Source: Lama guanicoe (Eukaryota). Taken from it: DNA of 64,000 bases. Under the pieces are notes generated by a model. That model was given only the letters and a program-made list of their open reading frames with translations. It ran no database searches and had not been told where the DNA came from. Shown here one piece after another: positions 53,733-64,000 of this stretch. A program made the position numbers and the translations under genes. Each line of letters opens with the position of its first letter. Position 1 is the first letter of the stretch. The DNA lies in contig MU056000.1 in the NCBI GenBank assembly GCA_013239625.1, forward strand, positions 8,490,970 to 8,554,969, read 5' to 3'.

Positions 53733-54070
53733 CTACAATGGACGGAAAGTTTGTGTCCCCCCAAAATGCACATGTTGAAATCCTGACTTCTAATGTGATG
53801 GTATTTGGAGGTGGGACCTTTAGGAGATAATTAGGGCAACTGAGGGTGGAGATGTCATGAACGGGGCTTATAAAAGACACCCCAGAGAGCCCCCTCACCG
53901 CTTTGGCCATGTGAGAACACAGCGAAAAGGTGGCCGTCTGTGAATCAGGAAACTAGCTCTCATCAGACACAGGATCTGATAGCACCTTGATCTTAAACTT
54001 GCCAAACTCCAGAACTGTGAGGAATAAATTACCTGTTTACGGTAATTTGTTACAGCAGCCTGAACTCTGA
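53733..54070 (+). mobile_element. MLT1A-like LTR
   Basis: gtttgtgtccccccaaaat…atgttgaaatcct…gtgatggtatttggaggtggg … ccagaactgtgag. Confidence 0.9.
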
Positions 54071-56554
54071 GCCACCACCTCCCGTGTGTATATAGCTTGG
54101 TCTGTAGCAGACATCACACAGAGGCAGACACACTGCTTAACCTCTCTGTACCTCAGTTTCCTCACCTGTAAAATGGACAAAATCAGTACCTACTTCATAG
54201 GTTGTTTCAGGGAGTTAATTATGTGTCAGAATAATACCTGGTACATCAAAAGTGCTACACCTATACTGATAAAATAAAGACTGCAATACCACGTGATGTT
54301 AGAGGCCAGCTGCACCATTTTTTGAGAGAAGGAATTGGAGGCCCAGGGACGTCAAATGTGATGCCCAAATTCCCACAGATTATTCACAGCTGATATTAAA
54401 AGGGAAATGTTGGTAGTTAGAAACTGAATACTTGATACCACTTTCAAAGTGCTCTTGCCAAGAAGAAAAATAGTATTTGGGGATCTGGGGGGAGGAAATA
54501 TTTTAACATTAAAAATGTTCTTCACTTTGCATCAAAATATTAATGTTGCGTGTAATATACAAGCAGAGGTAAGCCCACGGTAATCTGAAATAATTCACTA
54601 GACAGTGTCAGGCAAATCTCTCTCAAGTTTGTGGCCAAATAATAGTTCTTATTCTCAAATCCACAAGGAGAGTGGGTGTGGCATTATAAAGTAATAGGGC
54701 CAGGTCAGTCATTCAGTTGTGCCGTTGGCTTCACGACTGGTGACATTTTTTCATTCAAAACATCGAAACAGCTCATTTCCTAAATTGCTCTGAAGCAAAC
54801 CTACAGAATGCTGGCTTATCTCCTAGACTCCCTCCTTTCTCTTTACTGTTTCATTTCCTTCAGAGCTATCAGATTGATAATAATCCAAAATTTTTTTAAA
54901 AAGAAAAACATGGTGAAATCTTCTGAAGCCAGACTTTCAGTTTACCAAGTTCTCAGAAGCCGTACCGAAGACAGACTTTCTGGCACCCTCTACAGGCTTT
55001 ACTTGTGTCTCTAAATGACCTCCACTGAGCATGTAGTTCCTCCTTGTGTCGTTGGTAACACTTCAGTAATTTAAAGTGAAGCAACTCTGCACAATTCATG
55101 TTGAGACCTGAGTCGGGAGGAAAATAAGAGACAACTGAGGCAGGAAGAGTTTCCACTGGCCAATTTCCTATTTTGTTATTGGGGAGAAGAAATGATTAAC
55201 CATTTAGAGGGAGGGTGTGTAAAGAAGTAATATGATTTGTTGTGATGACTTCTGGATATTTCCTGCAGAAAACCTATTCACTCCTAAATAGCTATTTAAT
55301 AGTCTCTTGCACATCTGTCCAAAACTCCTACACCTTAACAAAAAAACGCAAAAGGTAGTTTCAAGGTGTTTACAGTTGCTTAAGGTAGAGCACACACATG
55401 CACAAGTATTTAAAGTTAACCACTGTCATGATGCCACCTGAAATGACCTGAATTGACACCTGACATGGAAACAGTCGCTCCAAAAGTTACTCTTCCAAAC
55501 CAAACAAGGCAGCCAGTGGCAGGTGAATGACGGTGAGTCTGTTTCCACAACCAGGGTATGGACAGAGATGATTCATTCCACTAACCCCTATATATTTATC
55601 TTTCAAGGTAAATCGGGTCACGAGGAGATTTTATTGACTGTCTATGAGTTTACCGCTTTATCATAAAGTTAAAATCAATATTAACATGTTGCCTGTAAGT
55701 TACCTCTCCATCCTGAACCAACTAGAAAGGAGTACATGGAATTTTAAACAGAGCATCTACTTTTTTGCTAGCAGAGCTGAATCGTCAGCTTGGACTGGAG
55801 CCCAAAGCAGCCACTCCACAATGTCCCTTTCTGAGTGGAATCTTCCCAGCTGGGCGAGGAGTTGGAACTGAGGCTACGCCCAAGCCACCGGCCCGAGAAG
55901 GAGAGTATGTGCACTTGGAGAGCAGCCTTGCGCTGACCTTCAACACACTCATTCCACCAACAGAAGGACCAGTTGGGGTAACGAAGAAGACAAGCGAGAA
56001 AGAGCCCAGAAGAGATCACCTAATGTTACCATCCCCAGGGAGTGCAGGGGATGGGAAAACTGGCATAAGATATTCTTTCTTTATTAAAGCTTATTTGGAA
56101 GATTTCTAGAGAAATACCTCACTGATTTAGATTCAAGAATATGAAGCGTTTTAAATTATTTTTGACGGAGTGTGTGTGACATGTGGGGAAGCACCATGGT
56201 AACATGTCTGGACTCTAAAAGTGGAGATCTGGGTTAAAATCTTACAACAGAGATTTGATGGCAGTATTTTAAATTAAGATGTATATGAAATCACTTTTAT
56301 TATCTATATTTCACACATGTTTTCGTAACTTCACAGCTTCACGTCTGCTAACACCCAAGGTGCACACTGTTTGTTACTCAAGTTAATTACCTCCCATCTC
56401 ACTTTCCGTCTGCACACCCCATCATTTTGTGACCATGCAACAAGACTTGTCCCTTTACAGGAAGCATTTTCATAGCTCATGTGTAAGGACACAGAAAAGA
56501 TTCCACGTTTCTCATTTCATTTGGCATTGCAATTTTCTTCTAAATGTGAAAGAT

Positions 56555-56633
56555 GGGGGGAGATTGCCAACATGGTGGAGTAGAAGGACACACAGCTCGT
56601 CCTCCCCCACAAATACACCTAGAATTACAACTA
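56555..56633 (+). mobile_element. Isolated L1 5'-terminal fragment (probable)
   Basis: G-run plus caacatggtggagtagaaggac (YY1-like caagatggcg), then agctcgtcctcccccacaaatacac, resembling laurasiatherian L1 5' ends. Confidence 0.6.
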
Positions 56634-58837
56634 TGGAGTGGTCAGCTCGCACAACAAACAGGCTACCTACATTTTCGTTTCTGACATCTGTGACCCAAAG
56701 AGAACAACTGTGGGACATGTAAGTTTGGTTACACCACCATGTTGGTGCATAAATGAATATATTTTCCATTTTCTTTACGGCCGTATCATGACTATTAGAG
56801 ACTTTCAAGCCCTACTAGTCCACGGGGGACAGAAATGTTGATCATTTTTGTTGCAGGCTTGCTTTAAAGGAAAAGGGGGGAAAGCAAGCTCTGAAGCCCT
56901 ATCCTGGTTCTGTATTAAAACGGCAACCTTTAATGATAAAACTCTCATTCTTATGAATTCATTCTTGTGAAAAACTTATCATAACCTCCACACTGCACAA
57001 AACATGGTATTAAAATCAAATGTCATTGAATCACCGACGTGTAACAACATTTACGTTGGGAAATGAGCACAACCAAGAGTTACCCAGCCCTCACCCAGAC
57101 CACCTGTACTTGGGCAACGTAAACCTCATCACTGATCTTCAGAGGGGAACACAACCCAGACACCCTGCATGACAGATATCAAGGAACGCGTAAGTCCTGG
57201 CGATTAAGTTGTTACTTTCCCTTTTGAAAAAATTAAATTATCTAATCCCACATTGGTGTGTACAAATGGAAAACAAATAAACCTTCAACCTCTTAGACGA
57301 TTCACGGCCACATCCTCCATTTCGGGGGGTAATTCAGAAATAACTTTCCTATAGAACTGCCAAGTCTTTATTCATTTAGGAACAAAGGTTTCTAAACTAT
57401 TACATCATTCTGGTAGAAACCCGTGTTCTACTGAGTTTCAAACACTAGCTATTAGTCTATTGGGCTATCCTGTTCGCCAGCTTCATGTAGTCACTCCCCA
57501 CAGCCTCACTTTTTGCCTCCTAGCACCCTAAATCCACCATTCAGCTGATGCAAGTACACTGTTTCTATGGTTGTTACTCTCAGATACATAACTCAACCAA
57601 AAATCTTCACACCCTGGCGAAGACAAAATGCTGCCCAAAGCACCTTAGCACTTGGTATTCGAATCTGGGTTTTACTAGAAAGATCTGCTACTAGTACAGG
57701 GGGTTCCCAATTCATGAACAGTGGAAAGAAAGTAATGAAAGCCAAATGCTGGCTCTCCATCAGGAATGCTACTGTTTCCACAACAGGCTTAACGGAGCAG
57801 CCTTGATAAGGAATTAAATAGACTAAATCATGAAGAAAGCATACAAATTCTCCATTTTTACACCAACTGTGTCACGATGGGATCAGATTACATAAGATAT
57901 TTAACCTGGTGCTACTCCCATGAAGAAGCAGAACACAAGGTCCACTCCTATCCCTACTCCCTTGAAAGAATGAAAATAGTATGTCATGTGTATGATTATA
58001 CATTTATACCTATTTATAGATAGAAAATCTTTCAACAAGGTGACTTGGGCAACACTTAATCGCAGAGCTAAAATCAATATAATCGTATTCTTCCAACAAA
58101 CTGTTTGTGTGTGTGTATACACACACATACTTATGAAAATGCATATAAGTATTTAAACAAAATGGAAAGATAACTTCGCATGGAAAGTGAAGCTGAGAGA
58201 AACAGTCCAAGAGCCTAATCTGAATTATCTTAAAAACATAATCCCTATTCCTGAGCATTTAATAATGCTATGAATTGAAGTAAGTGTTCAAAGCTAGTAT
58301 TGTTTTGCTCTGTACTTTTGCCATTTTAATTGGCACTGAGTCGTAAATATTTTCTAAAGTTTATTATGTCTCAAAGTTAACTTTTAAAAGTAAAATTATC
58401 TGAACTATCACTATTAATACGCTAAATTTGACATGTTGACATTTTAAACTTGCTGAATTCTCTTTGTAATTTTGCAAGTTAATCCTTAGAAGACTCCTTT
58501 GGGATTTGTATATAAACACTCATATTATCTGCAAATCAGTTTTAAACGTGTTTCTTCTTTTCTAATCCTTTGCCTCTTCTGTCTTTTCTTGTCTTATTGT
58601 GATGTCTGAGGTCAAAGAAGTGATGAGAGCAGATATTTTGTTTCTGTGATTAAAATGGTCCTATAAACTAAGAATTTCAGTATTATTTAGATGACTTAGG
58701 TTAAGAATACTCTCTTTATTTCCTAGTTTACTGAGGTTTGTTAACTATGACCTTGTGCGAAATGTATCATTTTTAAGACACTGATTGGAATGCTCATTGA
58801 TTTCTCTCCATCTGTTAGTGCAGTGAATTACTCATTG

Positions 58838-59525
58838 TTGGCTGTACCCTGCTTGTGTCCTCAGATCCACCCCTCCACCTTGCTGGCTGTGCCCTGCCTC
58901 CTAGCACCACCCTGCAGTTTTCTGTGCTTCTGTAACAGCAGGCTTCCAGCTGAGTTCAGCCAACAGGAGGTCCTGGCAGGAGGCTGGATGGGAGTAGGGA
59001 GGAGGCAGAACATCACTCTCCCTTCCTCTAGCTTCCCACGGCCTCTCTGACAGTGGCTGCATCCCCACTATGGCTCTAGGTCCTGCTAGAGAAGCCTGCC
59101 CTTCTGAGAAATCCAAGCCTTAACATGCTGGCAGCACTACCTCTGCCTATCTCTCAAGGCAATGGTTTATCAATCTGAGCACTAATGACATTTTGGGGCC
59201 AGATAATTCTCCATTGTCAGGGCAGTCCTGTGCATTATAGAATGTTCAGCAGCATCCTTCCTTGGCCTCTACACACTAGATACCAGTAGCATACCCTCCC
59301 GGTCATGACAATCAAAATGTGTCCAAAGTTGCTCTTGGTAGGGAGAGGAAGCCACAGTCCCTGGTTGGGAAACCCTGCTCCTGGCTAATGGGCGTCATGC
59401 CTCCTGAGGCCAGTCTCTGAGCTACTTCTCTGCCTCCTTGTTTGATTTCTCAGCTTTTCTCTTAACTAGTGTAACCAATCTCCTGCATTAAATTCCCTCT
59501 GCTGTAAATACTGAAGTGGTCTGTG
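58838..59525. mobile_element. Old ERVL-type LTR remnant (LTR16/33-like) with a nested MER20 (~59158-59380)
   Basis: The MER20 is clear (gacattttggggccagataattct…agaatgttcagcagcatcc). The flanks show LTR-like tgtaaccaat…attaaattccct. Confidence 0.55.
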
Positions 59526-60708
59526 ACTCAGAAAACAAATTTCGCTTACTAAAGCATACCTGGAAATTTAGGGAAAACTGTAGGCTTATATATTTTGTAA
59601 TAGTTGACTATTACTTGCTTTCTTTCATTTTACTCTGTTGCCTTTTATTTATTTATTTATTTTTTGAGACAAACACTCAGCTCATTATCAATTCCTCTTC
59701 TGATATATGTAGTGAATGCTGAAAGTAAGTCTGTTTGTGCTACATTAGGTACATTCTTTGAATTTTGCTATTTGCTGTTATAACTGGCATTTGGTTACAT
59801 TTCCTAAAATTCATCATGATGTCTCAAAGTTAACTTTCAAAAATAATTCTGAAGTATCATTATAAATCAAGCATATAAGAAACAGACCATATTTAATTTA
59901 TAAAAGAGGCATTTTTCAAAAGGAAATACTTTTTAAAGTGCATCACCAATATTTGAGTATGTTTGGAGATAATCCCCAAGGTTTAAGGTATCTATTCTTG
60001 AGAAGTTTTTATTTCGTATTATTGCCCAATCCACAGCTGGAAAATAAGAGATTTGGGGGAAAAAGTTCTCACACTTTCAATATCATCCCCATCGTCATCA
60101 TCCTCTTCTGTTTGAGGTACCACTGATCTTTAGTACAAAGACATAAGGGAAGCAAATGTGAAAGACAAATGCTTTATTGCACTGAGGAAGAAGTGCTACA
60201 GTACAAACAGAAGCAAAAAGACGATTTCAAGTTATAAACATCGAATTCTATAAAACTATATATAAATTCACCTAGTAAGTAATAACATGTAAGCACCAGA
60301 GAGCAGCATGCAAAATTTGGAACTTTCTGTGCGACAGAACCAAATAAATGAAACTTGCATATGAGAAAAGAAATGCAGAAGACAATTACCTTCTATTCAA
60401 GATTGCCTTTTTTGAAAGTGCTTTACAGAATGGCTTAACGATGGCGTACACACAGAGGCACACACAAAGGAAGGGAAGATTTGCAAGCAATCAAGAGACC
60501 TCGTCAAAAGTGAGATTATCTTTTTTCTGAATTGTTTCTCACTTCATAGATCATTGAAAAACTACCTAGTATGTAATAACAAACATGGTGTAACACGTAA
60601 CCGAGTTATATATATATATTTTAAAACCTCTATTATAGAGGCTGCACATTTTCTTCAGTCTGTTCCCTGAAGAATTTCTTCTCTGTTTTCTTCGCTCTCT
60701 CTGCTCAC

Positions 60709-61380
60709 CATTCTGTGTCATGTCTTGTCAAAGTCTGCTCGCTTGTCGCCAGGATGAGCTCCCCAGGGTAAAAGTCAAGGCCAAGTGAGGCAGGGTTCAA
60801 GGGAATCCAAAAAACAAACGGTGTTTTTACTGCTCTTCACTTCCATCTTCATGATACATAACAGAGAAAACAGGGGAAGCACATGTCAGGCAGTGTCCTA
60901 TCAGCTAGAACTCGAACTGGGTACAACTACATCAGGAAACTCCTCTAAAGCTTGAAGAGCTGCGAAAGTAGCTAGAAGTTATTTATTTGCAGAACCCTGA
61001 GCCGAAGTAACTTCAGATCCACAGACCACGAAAGACCTGTGTCTACATCTTGTTCGGCTTATTATTTCGTAAGAGCCATGCCTGTGAACAGCTGCTCAGC
61101 CTGGACTCTGCCCTCCCCAGATTTCCTGAGAGACCACTGGCTCAGGGGAGCGCGAAGCGCGAAGCGCGTGGACATGGGAGCATCACATCCACAAGGTGCG
61201 AGGAGAGCCGGGGCCTCCTGGGAGCTTCGTCTGGCTGTCTCAGATTAATAACATTTTTCATTCCTGTCTCCACAATTACACTGGAAGCTTTTTCCAGGGC
61301 TCCTCAAGGCCTCCTCGCTCTTCGATTGCCTCTGCCAGCTCCAGCCGCCCCGCGCCGCAGAGCAGCCCGCTGAGCAGCCT
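60709..61380 (-). other. Candidate first exon downstream of the CpG island
   Basis: No repeat recognised. Ends gacATGACACAGAATG|gtgagc (ATG at 60721-60719, purine at -3, phase 1). The 5' boundary is a guess. Confidence 0.4.
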
Positions 61381-61505
61381 GCGGTTGCCATGGAGACGGT
61401 GCCCGCACGGAGGCGGACCGCGAGGCAGAGACGCCAAGTGGAGCAGCAGAACCGGACCGCCGCTCCGACGGCTCCCGAGGTCCTCGGGACAGACACATTA
61501 GCAAC
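61140..61505. promoter_or_regulatory. Small CpG island / promoter with RFX X-box motifs
   Basis: Densest CpG patch in the window. gttgccatggagac at 61384-61397, gacacattagcaac at 61492-61505 and a GC box ccgccc at ~61345. Confidence 0.75.
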
Positions 61506-62795
61506 AGGGACAGGGAGGTCGGGGAGAGATGACAAGGCAGGAGACAAACCCAGATGAGAAAGAGAGACATTTAGAATTGGCCAGCGTCTCTGGACATGAT
61601 ACACTGCTTCTACCAAAATAAAACGCAAAAATCAGGTCTTCGAGTTTATTTTTAAAAAGCTATATATGCATGCATATGCATGTGTGTGTATATATAGGAG
61701 AAATCTGATCTGCCTTTTCTCAACATCTGGGAACAGCACGCCTGGAAGTTCATTTTCATGGAAACATCAAGAAGTAGCCAGAGGGCTTTGGAGTACGCTA
61801 CCATTTCATGTGAGCACGTGTTCATAATATTTATTTCCGATCATGATTCACACCCTAGTCTGTGCCATTAATGAGACTTTGACATTTATCTTCTCCTACT
61901 TTTCTAAAACCCTCAGTTTTTATTTTATGTATAAGAATTCTGAAGCAAAATTTGCTTCCCTAATAAAAACTGTAGGCTTACAAAGGCTAACTCCTAATAA
62001 AGCATATGGAAGCTGTCCAACTCTCATTCAAGGATTCCACCAACATTTTTTTTTCCTATGATACTTTCCTAAGACTGTTCACCAGTATCCCAGTTCTCCT
62101 CATCCTCCAAGCGTATAGTAGGACTGGGCTTCCTTCTGATACATGACTCGGTCCTCCAGCTCCCTTTCCCTACCTCAATGACTGTGGAAGAATCCACAAA
62201 GATGTAGGAGCCGCTGGCGGGAGTCCCAGTGTGACAAAGAAGATTATCCAAGTCTTCATTTCTACTTTTTACCGACCCAAGCTGAAAATGAACCAGCTTT
62301 TACCCTTTTAAGCTGCTGAATTTTAGGGGCTGTTTGTTAAAGCAGCATAATCTAGCTTATCCTAGTGGGTACACAACCTCTTTGTTCAATTGGAAAATAC
62401 TGTAATTAAGACATTATGTTCATTTGTATGAGATGCCCAGAGAATTATAATAGATTCTTTCTTAGACATCAAGGTCTGCCAAGTTAGCAGGTGACTGATA
62501 TAAAAGGCAATATATGAAGTACTCCATAGTAAATAGAAAATAAAATTTCTGTAGCAGTTCACTTTGGGCTGAAGTTAAGACTAAAAAGGCTTGTAAACTG
62601 ACTATACTTCAATAAAAATATCTATAAAAAATTAATAAAAGTAATGAGTAACTTTGGAAAAAAAAGACTAAAACCCTTAGCATAAGAAAGTGGCATTTAA
62701 GGTAATGATGTTGAACAACGAATAAACCCAAGAAGGCCTTTTACCACAAGTGAGACATGGCAGTCTGTGACACACAATAATGGCTCAACAACCAC

Positions 62796-62830
<35 letters not shown>
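62796..62830. repeat. (TAT)n microsatellite
   Basis: About 11 perfect units visible. Confidence 0.95.
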
Positions 62831-62831
<1 letters not shown>

Positions 62832-62879
62832 AGCCAGAGAACCGCAGGTCCTTCTTGTGTTCAAAAGACTATGCGTGGT

Positions 62880-63056
62880 AGGTCCAGCTGAATTTCAATT
62901 ACAGAAAAACAACAATTTTTTTTTTTAGTATAAATGTGTCCCATGCAATATCTGGGACATAATATACTGAGGGGAAAAAAAAACCCTACTGTTTATCTGT
63001 AATTCAAATTTAACTAGCTGTCTTATGTTTTCACTTGCTAAATCTAGTAACCTCAC
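62880..63056. mobile_element. MER53 palindromic hAT MITE
   Basis: tgtcccatgcaatatctgggaca centre and aattcaaatttaact…ttgctaaatctagtaacc end. Confidence 0.8.
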
Positions 63057-63386
63057 TATTGGTACATCCTAGGAATTTCACAGATTGCCTAAGAGGGCTA
63101 GTAAGACATTAAAAGTTACCAGTAAAGAAATTCATAAAGACTAATTAGATTATTTTGTTTTGTAAACGGAAGGAAGTGAAGATTCCCACTCTTATTTGCT
63201 AAAATGTTTTCAAAACAAATAATGGCAATGCCCTTGGCTTCTATAAAAGGTACACATCAAACAAAATATATTAAGTGAGACAAAATTTTACAAATTTTGA
63301 GTTATCCACATCTTATGATTGTAAGCCATCATCAAAAAAAGGAGGGTTTTATTTTTATTTTTTGGTAATTTTAAGAAATTATATTC

Positions 63387-64000
63387 CCTTAAACTTACAA
63401 GCTTCTGCACACCAAAGGAAACCATAAGTAAAACGAAATGACAACCTACGGAATGGGAGAAAATTTTTGCAAATGAAACCAACAAAGCCTTGATCTCCAG
63501 AATATATAAGCAGCTCGTATGGCTTAATAAGAAAAAAACAAACAATCCAATCCAAAAATGGGCAGAAGACCTAAACAAGCAATTCTCCAAGGAACAAATA
63601 CAAATGATCAATAGGCACATGAAAAAATGCTCAATATCACTAATTATCAGAGAAATGCAAATCAAAACTATGATGAAGTATCACCTCACACCAGTCAGAA
63701 TGGCCATCATTCAAAAGTCCACAAATGACAAATGCTGGAGATGCTGTGGAAAAAAGGGAACCCTCCTACACTGCTGGTGGGAATGCAGTTTGGTGCAGCC
63801 ACTGTGGAAAACAGTAGGAGATTCCTCAAAAGACTAGGAATAGACTTACTATATGACCCAGGAATCCTGCTCCTGGGCATATATCCAGAAGGAACCCTAC
63901 TTCAAAAAGACACCTGCACACCAATGTTCATAGCAGCACTATTTACAATAGCCAAGACATGGAAACAGCCTAAATATCCATCAACAGATGACTGGATAAA
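63387..64000 (+). mobile_element. Young 5'-truncated L1, ORF2 C-terminal region, running off the window
   Basis: ORF 63490-63837 ([14 protein letters not shown]…[12 protein letters not shown]…[10 protein letters not shown]) is L1 ORF2, with an apparent frameshift near 63816. Confidence 0.97.

Noticed and set aside
63490..63837. Reverse-transcriptase-element ORFs (also 26773-27513 and 14734-14946)
   Set aside because: Ordinary truncated, frameshifted L1 ORF2 remnants, not a novel system.

Overview
Mammalian genomic DNA, most likely camelid (alpaca, llama or camel), judged from three tRNA-derived Vic-1-type SINEs and cetartiodactyl-type L1 3' UTRs. The window is repeat-rich (L1, L2, MIR, MLT/ERVL-MaLR, a MER41-like solo LTR, hAT and Tigger MITEs). 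It contains no long intact gene, RNA gene, CRISPR array or prokaryote-type system, and most ORFs in the track are repeat-derived or chance. It looks like the 5' part of a large minus-strand gene that I cannot name. A small CpG island with an RFX X-box (~61.3-61.5 kb) is followed by a few widely spaced candidate exons, including an 11/14-nt microexon, whose phases fit one reading frame at 4028-3889. The most striking direct observation is a 91-bp piece of an ancient MER3/33-type element at 28.5 kb that recurs inverted, 89/91 identical, 20 kb away inside an L1 3' end at 8.6 kb. Repeat family names are by-eye recognition and most repeat boundaries are approximate.
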